64,000 nucleotides of DNA from a virus. The position numbers and the translations under genes were made by a program. How positions within the stretch are numbered: the stretch's first letter is position 1; each line of letters begins with the position of its first letter. The notes under the pieces are model-generated. The model did no database searches, was not told the DNA's origin, and worked only from the letters and a program-made list of their open reading frames with translations. Location of the stretch: IMG/VR virus record IMGVR_UViG_3300005264_000040, positions 64,001-128,000 of that record. One strand, written 5' to 3'. Below are positions 47,952 through 57,841 of this stretch, in pieces.

Positions 47952-50342
47952 TTACTCATCAAGTATAATATTTGTCATAACTTGCCATGCGCCTGGTAAT
48001 AAACTTTTTAAGTTATTATCAATTTTATGTACTTGTTCCCAATCTTTTCTTACTGATGTAACTTGATTAGTAATCATAAAATTCTTTATATCTCTAACGA
48101 TTACTTTGTTAGGATAAAGTTCCTTTGCTTTATTTAAAAGAAAAGCTGTTGCAGTATTCTCGGCTGGTTTATAAGTTTCCTGATTAATTCTTACATGTAG
48201 CCCTAAATCTGATTTATAAGGTAAATTCCTTTTTCTTATTTTATATATTTTTTCTAATTGTTCATAAGTAGGATTAAAGAATTTAATTCCTTCTTCGTTT
48301 TCTAAATCTATATGATTGAATGCATTCTTATCTTCAGGATTTAAATTGGCTAACACATATTTAAACATTTCAGAATTTACTATTTTAGGTGTATTAAAAC
48401 CTTCAAACCATTCTTTAGAAACCCATGGCAATGGAACTCCGTATTTTTCGCTCCAACTTGCGCCTGTTAAATCGTTTTCTATACTATTAGGCTCAATCCA
48501 ATTTTGAGTGCCATATTCTGCTTCTGCAGTTATTGGTAAAGGTTGTATGATTGTCAAATTAGTAATTGCAGTTCCTGAATTTGCATCTATAGTATGAGTT
48601 AAACCTTCTAAAGTAGCAATAATAAATAAACCATTTAAATCTATCAAAACAGGCATTCCTACTATTAAATAAGGATTAAATTTAACTGTAATAGAAGTTT
48701 GAGCAGCTTGAGTAACGTGTTGATAATAAACAGCAGCTGCATAACTAGCTCCATAGTTGTCATATAAGTTTCTTACCACATCATTTACTTTAACTTCAGA
48801 ATCAGCCATAGCTTTTTGAATATCTTGTATTTCTACTGTAGCAGGATTTTCATATTGTTGTTTTTCTATATCCAATCTTTCTTTACTATATTGCTCTGTT
48901 TTTCCTTTCAATCCCGGTATTAATTGAAACAACAATAGAGAGGTTGCATCTGAACCTACTTCTGAAGTTGTAGTTTTACTGTCACCATCCACATAAGATA
49001 TTTGTGATAAACCATTGAATACCATATTTAATAAAGGATAACTATCCTGCACCATTTTAATTGGTTTATAATATTCAGCAGCTAAAAATGGATCTTTTAT
49101 AGGTGTGTTTTGGGTATAAGCATTTTCCCATAATCCACCTCCTACATAATCAAAATAACCTAATAACATATTTTTCGAGACAACTTCCAAAAGAGTAGTA
49201 GAATTTTCATATATAGATTTTGCGCTCGAAGCAATGTCATTTAAAAAGTCATTTGTTTTTAAAGACAGGTAATTATTATCGTCTCCTCCAAAATCATTAC
49301 TTAGGTTTCTAGCTATTTTATTATTAGGAAAGAAAGATAACATAGGAATTTGCCCACCATTTGTGCCAGAAGGATAAACCATAACTCTAGTAGGCATAGC
49401 AAAATAATCTTGCCCAACATTTACATTAATTATATCTTCTGGAATTAATACATTGCACAAAGGTACTCTTCTTCCTGCAATCCAAACTGGATTAGCTGTC
49501 ATTCTAATAACTTGCATACTAAGTTCTTTGTTTTTCCCTACTTTTTTCAGATAAGGAGCTTGACAATACATCTTACTTGACACTGCTCCTATAATATTAT
49601 AAAAAGCCCCGCCTATTGTTCCGGAACGCATATAATTTGTTGTAGAATAACTTTGCAACTCAACTAATTTAGCCGCACCCATTCCGGCGGATAAACTTCC
49701 TATCCCTTTTATACTTTCGTATAATCCATATTTCATATCAATATATTTACTATATAAAGTCAATTGCCCAAACAATTCTTTTAAGAATTTAGTTAATTCA
49801 TTTAACGGGATTTCACCATTTCTGTTGAAAAAATCCAAAAGTTCAAGTACTATATAAGTTCCCGCTTCTCGCCTTGTAGTAGTGAGCATAGCTTCATACA
49901 TCGATGAATTTAAATTAATGACATCTGCACCATTATTTAAAATAGCATAAGGGATTCTAAACATTAAGTTCGGAATCCCTTCTACATTTATCGAGACACT
50001 ATGGGATATAGCAGTTTTATTATATGCATAACCAGATACTACTCCATCTGCAATAAGTACTTCTTTTCCCGTTTCGTCTTCAAAAGTTACTTGTACCCAT
50101 GACATTGGTGGAATTCTAGTCATCACCATATAAGGGGGAAATGAAATTTGAATGGTAATATTATTTTCGCCTGCAACTATATTTATATTAGAAAAGTCAA
50201 ATTCTATGCCTTCTATATAAACATGGAAGCGTTCTACTGGATTGGGAACCATTCTTATATCATATTTATTGTTTTCCTTTATTATTTTGTTGAATTTATC
50301 GAAATCGGTTAATTCGGTGAGTTGGTTGAATTTTTCATCCAT
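47952..50342 (-). CDS. Baseplate hub (gp27/gpD-like)
   Basis: N-terminal GIEFDFSNINI..IQISFPP; C-terminal SITVKFNPYLIVGMPV...LEGLTHTI. Confidence 0.7.
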   Translation of the reverse strand: MDEKFNQLTELTDFDKFNKIIKENNKYDIRMVPNPVERFHVYIEGIEFDFSNINIVAGENNITIQISFPPYMVMTRIPPMSWVQVTFEDETGKEVLIADGVVSGYAYNKTAISHSVSINVEGIPNLMFRIPYAILNNGADVINLNSSMYEAMLTTTRREAGTYIVLELLDFFNRNGEIPLNELTKFLKELFGQLTLYSKYIDMKYGLYESIKGIGSLSAGMGAAKLVELQSYSTTNYMRSGTIGGAFYNIIGAVSSKMYCQAPYLKKVGKNKELSMQVIRMTANPVWIAGRRVPLCNVLIPEDIINVNVGQDYFAMPTRVMVYPSGTNGGQIPMLSFFPNNKIARNLSNDFGGDDNNYLSLKTNDFLNDIASSAKSIYENSTTLLEVVSKNMLLGYFDYVGGGLWENAYTQNTPIKDPFLAAEYYKPIKMVQDSYPLLNMVFNGLSQISYVDGDSKTTTSEVGSDATSLLLFQLIPGLKGKTEQYSKERLDIEKQQYENPATVEIQDIQKAMADSEVKVNDVVRNLYDNYGASYAAAVYYQHVTQAAQTSITVKFNPYLIVGMPVLIDLNGLFIIATLEGLTHTIDANSGTAITNLTIIQPLPITAEAEYGTQNWIEPNSIENDLTGASWSEKYGVPLPWVSKEWFEGFNTPKIVNSEMFKYVLANLNPEDKNAFNHIDLENEEGIKFFNPTYEQLEKIYKIRKRNLPYKSDLGLHVRINQETYKPAENTATAFLLNKAKELYPNKVIVRDIKNFMITNQVTSVRKDWEQVHKIDNNLKSLLPGAWQVMTNIILDE

Positions 50343-50354
50343 TTAAAATCCCCC

Positions 50355-51137
50355 TTATTCCTCAAGTCCAAAAAATTTTCTATATTTATAAGATGTTTTA
50401 GGCCCAAAAATGCCATCTGGCTGAGCTCCTACCATTTGTTGTATATTTTTTATCAAAGTTTTTAACGGAGGATGTACGTTATATAATTTATAAACCTTAT
50501 AACATTTTTTAGCGTAATCTGGATCAGTTGCATATCTATGTTCTTGTAGTTGCTGATAGAAATATTCTACTTTTAATTTTCTTCTATAAACAATAGTTGT
50601 CCAATCAAAATACCTTGAAATAAACTGTACATAAGTTTCAAAAAAATCTTCAGGATTTCTAAAAACTGCAAAAGTTTCTAAGGACAACACTTTGTTTCTA
50701 TATTTTGTTGATTTAGTACCACCTTTTATCAATTTGTATTGTTTTAACCTTGATAAATGTCTAGAACCATAATACTCAACAACTTCCACTTCAACTTTTT
50801 CTGCTTTTTCCATCCAATCACGATACTTTAAATTACCGAAATTATATCCATAAACTCTTCCGTTTATAACAGCGCTTTTGACATTAGTGAACCATTCAGT
50901 CTCCAAAGCAAACTGTCCTAATATTGCATCATGTACTAGTTTTCTTCTTTTGTTATTAACTTGGTCAAAAGTTTTTAACCATTCCATTATTATAGGTGAC
51001 AAAATTCTTTCTGCCGTAAGTTTAGCAAGATATACTTTTTCGCTCAAATTTAAATCTTCGGTAATCACTCCCGGTACAAGAAATCCTTCATACAAATTAC
51101 TCATATTGTTCAACTCCTTTCTTTTTAAAATATTCAT
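50355..51137 (-). CDS. GH73 glucosaminidase lysin with C-terminal peptidoglycan-binding motif (likely start ATG 51104)
   Basis: QFALET, YNFGNLK, YATDPDY; IQQMVGAQPDGIFGPKT. Confidence 0.85.
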   Translation of the reverse strand: MNILKRKELNNMSNLYEGFLVPGVITEDLNLSEKVYLAKLTAERILSPIIMEWLKTFDQVNNKRRKLVHDAILGQFALETEWFTNVKSAVINGRVYGYNFGNLKYRDWMEKAEKVEVEVVEYYGSRHLSRLKQYKLIKGGTKSTKYRNKVLSLETFAVFRNPEDFFETYVQFISRYFDWTTIVYRRKLKVEYFYQQLQEHRYATDPDYAKKCYKVYKLYNVHPPLKTLIKNIQQMVGAQPDGIFGPKTSYKYRKFFGLEE

Positions 51138-51651
51138 CCAGCTGCACCTTTATATTTTCATATAAAATTTGTTTAACTGTTTCCCTCAAAGTTTCGAATA
51201 ATGGTTGCAATTTTTCATTTTCTTCATCAAATAAAACAATTTCTTTTTCGCTCATTTCTGTTGCTTTTAACCATACCGTCTCAAAAGCAATTCTATCTAT
51301 TTTTATTCCTTTTTTTCTTATATCTATTTTATCCATAAGAAAATTAGATATAGAAAAATCATCCATATAGTCTTGCGCCTCAATAAAAAGCGGGTCTGTT
51401 TTCAGCATTTCAAATTCTTTTTCAAATATTTTTTCTTCCGCCATTCTTTTAATAGCTTCTTCAAAAAACTCTTTGTAATTAAACAACTTCAAACCAGCTT
51501 TTATTATTTTAGTATCTGATGTATTTTTTATCAAAAAATATACATATAATTCTTCTGACATATTTATAGGAGTTGTTATATCTACTTCTAAAATCTTTGT
51601 TGTATTAACAAATACACTATGATTAAATTCTTTAAAATGTATCCATCCCAT
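51097..51651 (-). CDS. Hypothetical protein
   Basis: Coupled between portal and lysin genes. Confidence 0.6.
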   Translation of the reverse strand: MGWIHFKEFNHSVFVNTTKILEVDITTPINMSEELYVYFLIKNTSDTKIIKAGLKLFNYKEFFEEAIKRMAEEKIFEKEFEMLKTDPLFIEAQDYMDDFSISNFLMDKIDIRKKGIKIDRIAFETVWLKATEMSEKEIVLFDEENEKLQPLFETLRETVKQILYENIKVQLDEYFKKKGVEQYE

Positions 51652-53572
51652 TGCAACCAGGACTTCTTGGCGGCCTTACTTCCGGATTAGATTTTATTTG
51701 CTGGGGATTCTGAGGCTGTTGCGGTTGTTGTGGTTGTTGTGGTTGTTGCCCCCCACTTGTATATTGCTGTAATGCGGCAATTACATCATCTGTTAAATAA
51801 GGCATAATTTGGTCTAAGAAACCTTGGTTAGATTGATCTAATTGTTGTAATTGGCTCAATATTTGTTGTAAATGAGCTGGAGGTTGTGGGCCTCCAGCCT
51901 GTTCGGGTGGTTGTTGAGGTGGTTGCACTTCTGCTGCATTTGGCAAACCATTAATAAGTAATTCTTTTATCTCAAGAGGTGTATAGGTTTTATCTAGTGA
52001 TATAGAAGGTGTAGCCTCAAATGCTTGAGCATTTGTTTGAGCTTCTTCTACAACCTTCTGTGCTCTATATTGTGATAAAGATTGTGTTTCTGCCATTGTT
52101 AATTCTTCCTGTTTTATGTTATTCATTTCTTCTTCGTAATCTAATCCAAAGTTTTCTAACAATGTCTTTCCAGAAACTAATTTCATCTGATTTAAATTCA
52201 TCAATGATTGTTTAAACTGAACGTCATCTGCCATTTTAAATGGTGCAAAATCCACTTTTACTCGTGGTAATTTATGATAATTTGCAATATATTTTACTAT
52301 TTTTCTTAAAACTTCTTTTATTCTATTTCTGTAGTTTATGTATTGATTTTCTAACATTCTCATTGAAACAGAACTTCCACTCCAGGTTAAACCCCCATAA
52401 ACAAATTCTCTTGGAACTCCCATCCCAGCTATAACTTCTTCAGCTAATTGTTGGATTTCAGGTTGCAAAAGATACATTTTACCGTCTCCTGCAAGTTTCC
52501 CTTGACCTACTGGAATAGGGAAAATTCCTACATAAGAAGGGTCTAATTCATATCTTTTTAATTGCATCCTAATTTTGCTTTCTAATTTTTGAAGATTCAT
52601 ATTATTCATATAAGGTGAAGTTGGATCCACGTTTTGTGGAAATAAATAATTCCTTGGAATTACCTGATTAAAAGCAATGTATTCATTAGCTCTTCTTAAC
52701 ATTTGCATATAAAACAAAGTTTTCATTACAGGAGTTATTGCTGGTAATCCCCACCCATTCATATAGTCAGAAGCTGTTCTAGTCTCTTTTATATGAATGA
52801 TTTCGTTAAATTCTACTGCAGGATACCCTTTTAATACTGCGTCTATAAAAGGTTTTGGTGTTGTATAAAGGTACCAGGGTTTTGTTAAAATATTATGTCT
52901 TAAAGAATTTTTTATAAAATACAAATATCGATAAGAATCTGAAGTTTCATTATGTTCTATCATCATATTATTAGGTTGCCATGAAATTATCCTTAATTTC
53001 CCATCTCTTTTTATTTCATCTTTTGATTTCAATGGTTGCATTTTACCGCATTTGTCACAATATCCGTATATTTTGTGATTTCTAATATACCAATTGGGTT
53101 TTGATTTATCTGAACCTGTATTATAAATTGTCTCATTTGTAGAATTAGTATTATCTTTTTTTAATGTAATTTCATGGTCACATACACTACATTTATATGT
53201 TCTTGTAAATGGAGGTAATACAGTTAAAAATACATTTCCATACACTTTTAAATCAATCCCGATTTTTATTAAAGTGTGTTTTATATTCATCTGTTCAAAT
53301 ATATCTTCATATGCTTCTTTTATCTTTTCATCAGTAGTATCAAGTTCTATTGTAGTAATAGGATATTCTGCTGATTTTGATATTATAGCATGTACTAACG
53401 GATTTGTTTCGTAAAAATATTCTGACCATGAAAACAATTCTTTTATATTTTTAGGAAAAAACAAACTTGAAACATCAAAGAAAGGAGAAATAGGTGCATA
53501 CCAAAATAAACTAGCAGCAGTTCCTGTTTTCCTTGTTTCCTTTCTCATTTCTGGATTATTAGTTATACCCAT
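51632..53572 (-). CDS. Portal protein with Zn-ribbon insertion and Q/P-rich tail
   Basis: NPLVHAIISKSAEYP, GWGLPAITP, IAGMGVPREFVYGG...SGSSVSMRMLEN; CSVC...CDKC. Confidence 0.85.
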   Translation of the reverse strand: MGITNNPEMRKETRKTGTAASLFWYAPISPFFDVSSLFFPKNIKELFSWSEYFYETNPLVHAIISKSAEYPITTIELDTTDEKIKEAYEDIFEQMNIKHTLIKIGIDLKVYGNVFLTVLPPFTRTYKCSVCDHEITLKKDNTNSTNETIYNTGSDKSKPNWYIRNHKIYGYCDKCGKMQPLKSKDEIKRDGKLRIISWQPNNMMIEHNETSDSYRYLYFIKNSLRHNILTKPWYLYTTPKPFIDAVLKGYPAVEFNEIIHIKETRTASDYMNGWGLPAITPVMKTLFYMQMLRRANEYIAFNQVIPRNYLFPQNVDPTSPYMNNMNLQKLESKIRMQLKRYELDPSYVGIFPIPVGQGKLAGDGKMYLLQPEIQQLAEEVIAGMGVPREFVYGGLTWSGSSVSMRMLENQYINYRNRIKEVLRKIVKYIANYHKLPRVKVDFAPFKMADDVQFKQSLMNLNQMKLVSGKTLLENFGLDYEEEMNNIKQEELTMAETQSLSQYRAQKVVEEAQTNAQAFEATPSISLDKTYTPLEIKELLINGLPNAAEVQPPQQPPEQAGGPQPPAHLQQILSQLQQLDQSNQGFLDQIMPYLTDDVIAALQQYTSGGQQPQQPQQPQQPQNPQQIKSNPEVRPPRSPGCNGMDTF

Positions 53573-53585
53573 ATTTACACCCCTT

Positions 53586-54272
53586 TTAAATGAAATCAGG
53601 TAATTCTTCAGCTTTTACAAAATGTTTGGTAGCCATATTAACATTTAATATTTTTTGTATTTGAACATTTAAAACTGCATCTTCTTTTCCTAAAATAGAA
53701 GGTAAATCTTTTTTATCTAAAGTTGGTATAATTCGTTCCAATGCTTTAAAACGTTTCTTATTTTGATTGTCTAAGTTTTTATACAGTTTTTCTTTTGCGA
53801 ATTCCAGATATGTTGGAGGATATAAAAAACCTCTTTCTAATAAAACACCTACTACAAAATCTATTACTTTTTCTTTTTTTACTTTATTATGAATAGTAGG
53901 AAATTCTTTCTTAAAAATACTTTCTGCACAAGTAAGTTCTAAAACTTGAGGTGGTATTATAACACCTTCCTCTGGACCTATGCCATCTATAATCACACTT
54001 ACAACTTTATAATAAGCATACCAATTACCTAATATTAATTCCGGTTTTTTCAAAAAAGTTCTATAAGCGTTTATTTTTTCAAAATTTGAAGGATGTACTT
54101 TACTAGGCAATTTTGATGCAAGTATTTTTATTACTCCTATATCATCTTCTTTTGACCAAGTATATTTTGTATTTATATGAGTTCTAATTGCCTGTTGAAT
54201 ACTATTTATTACAACTGCAGGATGATATGTATTTACATCCGTTAATTTATCCAACTCAACTATTTTGCTCAT
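53586..54272 (-). CDS. Hypothetical protein
   Basis: Long ORF in operon upstream of portal. Confidence 0.6.
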   Translation of the reverse strand: MSKIVELDKLTDVNTYHPAVVINSIQQAIRTHINTKYTWSKEDDIGVIKILASKLPSKVHPSNFEKINAYRTFLKKPELILGNWYAYYKVVSVIIDGIGPEEGVIIPPQVLELTCAESIFKKEFPTIHNKVKKEKVIDFVVGVLLERGFLYPPTYLEFAKEKLYKNLDNQNKKRFKALERIIPTLDKKDLPSILGKEDAVLNVQIQKILNVNMATKHFVKAEELPDFI

Positions 54273-55143
54273 TGTTTTTCATCTCCTCGTACAATTCACT
54301 TATATCTTTCTTCGTATGTTCAAACCATTGCAATTCATCTATATCTTTCGTGTCATTTATATTATAACCCATTAACTCCACCGAAACGTTTAAATTTCCG
54401 TTAAATTTAAGTAACGGAGTATTATTAATATATAATGTTCCTAGTAAATCTTTGGCCATCATTTCTTTGATTAATTCCTTATCATAACCAATCAAAACAA
54501 TTGGATCATCTTTTTCTACCTTATATTGTACATCGTTAAGTTCAAATGAATAGATTGTATCTTCGTCTATGTCTTTTGCGTATATTCGCATTATGTCTAG
54601 GACCTTGTTGTATTGCAATAATTCTTTTGGATATACAAAACTCCACAATATAGCTTTTTTTGCAAGTGTGCTTTTTACTGTACCTTTTACAAATATACTT
54701 GCAAATCTGCTTCTTATTTTTGCTTCTATCGGCATTATGTGTAGAGAATATTGTAATACTCTTCTTAAATATACACTGATGCTTCTTTTAATTATCCTGC
54801 ATTCATGTATATCGAATGGTATTTCGTTGCTTATTTTTATTTGTTTCATTATAACTAATGCGATATATTTGGATGTCTTGTAGTATTGTACAAAATCTAA
54901 ATCAATCGGTATATCTTCTTCTAGTTTTGTATATTGCATAAAAATATTCATAGGTCGTGAAATGAAAATATTTTGTTTTAAATAACCATTGTAAAAGAGC
55001 CAATCTTCACTATGATCTTTTGACATGTTTTCTATTTGTTTTTGGGTCTTTAAATTAATATGTTGAATATGGCAAAGCATTTCTTTCTTTTTGCATTGTT
55101 TTTGAATATTTATTCCATTGTAAATTAGAACTATATAATACAA
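54256..55143 (-). CDS. Carrier of the shared fibre C-terminal module; probably the +1-frame continuation of 55055..57718
   Basis: PIVLIGYDKELIKEMMAKDLLG...NINDTKDIDE; QY/QH periodicity continues; TTG start lacks SD. Confidence 0.6.
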   Translation of the reverse strand: MYYIVLIYNGINIQKQCKKKEMLCHIQHINLKTQKQIENMSKDHSEDWLFYNGYLKQNIFISRPMNIFMQYTKLEEDIPIDLDFVQYYKTSKYIALVIMKQIKISNEIPFDIHECRIIKRSISVYLRRVLQYSLHIMPIEAKIRSRFASIFVKGTVKSTLAKKAILWSFVYPKELLQYNKVLDIMRIYAKDIDEDTIYSFELNDVQYKVEKDDPIVLIGYDKELIKEMMAKDLLGTLYINNTPLLKFNGNLNVSVELMGYNINDTKDIDELQWFEHTKKDISELYEEMKNNEQNS

Positions 55144-57718
55144 GTTGTTGTATCCAATATTGCCACATTTCTATGTAAATTCTTCTAATATGACTACTCC
55201 ATTGCGAAACTTTAATATCAAACCACTTTTGAATTCTCCAAAATTGTAATACATCTATTTCTATTTCTTTGGCGTAAATCGAATACTGCAGCATATTAAC
55301 ATAAAACAATAAATTGTACTTGCTTTCTTGTTGGACTTTTGTATCTATATAATATTTTAATTTTGTATATTGTAATGCGTATATATCTAAATCATAAGGT
55401 AAATTTGTATGTTGCAACATATATCCATATACCCGATATTGAATAAATTGATGTTGTATCAATAATAATTCTATAGGGTTTTGTAAAATTGTATGTTGTA
55501 GCATTTCAATATTCATTTCTTCTTTATATTTTGAATAAACAATGGCGGTTCCTGGTGTCAGAATTTCTACTGTACTGCTTTGTAATACCATTGCATCAAT
55601 CGTTATTTTTTTATGAGAACTCTGTAAAAGGTCTGATTTTACATCTGCTAAGTGCATTCCTATCTGCAATACGATATTTGCTACATTTAATTCTAATATT
55701 GTATATTGACTGATATTTATATCTAATTCTTCTTCTTTTTTTCTTTGGATTTTATTATATGCTTCTATTTGCTTTGATAACTCTGTTTCGTCCATTACAG
55801 AATTTTCTATAATCCTCTTTATAGTAATACCTCTATGGTACATTAATGATTTGAATTCTAAAAATAATTTAGTAACTGCTAAAATTTCCGTTTCAAATAT
55901 TGCCTTAGTTAATGAAAATTGAAGTGTTTTGTTATCTAAACTCTCGTACAAATTTGAATATTGTAGTATTTCTTCTGTTATTATTGCTTTTTCTTCTACA
56001 CTATGTTGGAAAACATAACATCCTATTTCAATTTTATTCTTAGCGTACTGAAGAATTTCATTTTTTATATCCTCAAAAAACACACTATATTGTAGGTTAT
56101 TCGTATTTAAAACTTTGTTTATAAAAGTATGTTGATACATTTCAGCGTATATTCTTCTTTTATCTTTTTTCCATAATATTAATCTCACTATACCAAAAAT
56201 TCTAAATAAAATTTTATACTGATATTCTTGCGCTATTACTTTAGCCTGCTTCTTACTTGTTTGTAAAATTGAATTATCTAATAGAAGGAACAAAACATTA
56301 CGTTGCAAATTATAAGTTTCAATATTTTGCGATAAAATATGATATTGTGAATTAGAACAAAAAATGCTTGTATTCCAATTTATATTTGCTATTTTATTTT
56401 GAGCATTAATAAATTGTCTAATATTATCTACTTCTAAAACATGAGCACTAATATCTTTTTTTTCGCGTAATTTGCTTATATATATTCTAGAAAACAGTTG
56501 ATTATATATTTCATTATAGCTTTTGATTTCAGAATATAATTCAAATTCAAATGAATAAGTTTGTGCATTATATATTTCAATTTCTAAAGTTTTTAAAGAA
56601 TTTGACAAATTTATAGTATATAGCCATCTAACTAAACCTCTCCCATTATAGGAATGAGCAGTTATTTCTTTTTGCTCTTTATTTTTAAACTGTAATTTTA
56701 ATGTTATCGGAGAGATTTTTTTTCTAACATGCAAAGTTTTGTTTTCTATATCTTTTTCTTGAGTTGAGAAATACGTTATTAAACTTTTTAAAGCAAAATT
56801 TATTCTATAATAGTATTCTATAAAAGTTCCAATATATTTATTTATTTCAGTTTCGCTTGTTACATGTGCAGTTATCTCATTTTGTTTATAAAAATATTGA
56901 AAAATACTTCCCCTTATATTTTGAAAGGAGTTTTGTATTAAGGTATTATATATATAAATGTTTCGTGCTTTCGTATTTATTAATAAGGAGTAATTTTGTA
57001 TTTTGTTTTCTTTATAAAGTTCATGTTTTGTATATAAATTTAAAAATAATTGCAAGTTAGAATCCGAAATCAAAGTTGTTTGTAAAAATCTGCATTTTCT
57101 TAATTTGGTATATTCAAAACTTTCAATAGTATTAATATCTAAAGCAATATTACTATTTTTCGAATACAAGGTATTAAAAATTGTGGATATTAATTGCAAA
57201 TGCAAAGGCATAACTTTCACTTTTGGAAAATCATGTCTTTTCATTTTTATATCTAAACCTTTTCTTCTACTGGAAATAATACTATTATAACTTTTAACAA
57301 ATCTTCCCCATTTCACTCCTGTAATATTTAAATCAGAAGTTATTTCTATATTTTCTTTCGACCTCAAAGCATATATACTATCAAAATGTTTTGAAATTAA
57401 AATAGTTTGTTGTTCGAACGGCCTTATATAAGAAATAATAGGTAATCCTACTACTCTAAATACATGATGAAAAAATTGATATTTCCTGTACCATTTTAAA
57501 ATATCTTCACAGTAGGGAGTATTACCATAATAGTAATAATAAAACACAAAATGAAAATAAAACACAACCCATGTATGATCATATCCTCTATATGGGTTTA
57601 TTGTGATGCACTTTTTACAGTGCTTTTTCTTTTTCTTATCTACACATTTATTGTAATCCTCTATCGTCTCACAAATAATAACATCCGTATTCGTACCAGG
57701 ACAACAACTTTTAGGCAT
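55055..57718 (-). CDS. Fibre-shaft-like pseudo-repeat protein with Cys/aromatic-rich N-terminus
   Basis: SD GGAGGG; ~14-aa periodic (L/M/V)Q(Y/H/F/W/S) pattern. Confidence 0.65.
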   Translation of the reverse strand: MPKSCCPGTNTDVIICETIEDYNKCVDKKKKKHCKKCITINPYRGYDHTWVVFYFHFVFYYYYYGNTPYCEDILKWYRKYQFFHHVFRVVGLPIISYIRPFEQQTILISKHFDSIYALRSKENIEITSDLNITGVKWGRFVKSYNSIISSRRKGLDIKMKRHDFPKVKVMPLHLQLISTIFNTLYSKNSNIALDINTIESFEYTKLRKCRFLQTTLISDSNLQLFLNLYTKHELYKENKIQNYSLLINTKARNIYIYNTLIQNSFQNIRGSIFQYFYKQNEITAHVTSETEINKYIGTFIEYYYRINFALKSLITYFSTQEKDIENKTLHVRKKISPITLKLQFKNKEQKEITAHSYNGRGLVRWLYTINLSNSLKTLEIEIYNAQTYSFEFELYSEIKSYNEIYNQLFSRIYISKLREKKDISAHVLEVDNIRQFINAQNKIANINWNTSIFCSNSQYHILSQNIETYNLQRNVLFLLLDNSILQTSKKQAKVIAQEYQYKILFRIFGIVRLILWKKDKRRIYAEMYQHTFINKVLNTNNLQYSVFFEDIKNEILQYAKNKIEIGCYVFQHSVEEKAIITEEILQYSNLYESLDNKTLQFSLTKAIFETEILAVTKLFLEFKSLMYHRGITIKRIIENSVMDETELSKQIEAYNKIQRKKEEELDINISQYTILELNVANIVLQIGMHLADVKSDLLQSSHKKITIDAMVLQSSTVEILTPGTAIVYSKYKEEMNIEMLQHTILQNPIELLLIQHQFIQYRVYGYMLQHTNLPYDLDIYALQYTKLKYYIDTKVQQESKYNLLFYVNMLQYSIYAKEIEIDVLQFWRIQKWFDIKVSQWSSHIRRIYIEMWQYWIQQLVLYSSNLQWNKYSKTMQKERNALPYSTY

Positions 57719-57748
57719 ATTTGTTCCCTCCAGTTTAATTCTGCCTTA

Positions 57749-57757
57749 ATTATAACA
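57749..57757 (-). promoter_or_regulatory. Extended -10 promoter TGTTATAAT
   Basis: 31 nt upstream of start 57718. Confidence 0.6.
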
Positions 57758-57841
57758 TAGTGTTTCTCTTAAATGCTAAGATTATTTTGTCGAACTATTC
57801 GTTTTTGAAATTATAACTGATTAAAATAATCACGTAACTTA

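Noticed and set aside
51700-51760. 9-bp repeats (TGTGGTTGT) in the portal 3' end as a contingency locus
   Set aside because: Only about three in-frame copies encoding a QQP low-complexity tail; cannot switch frame
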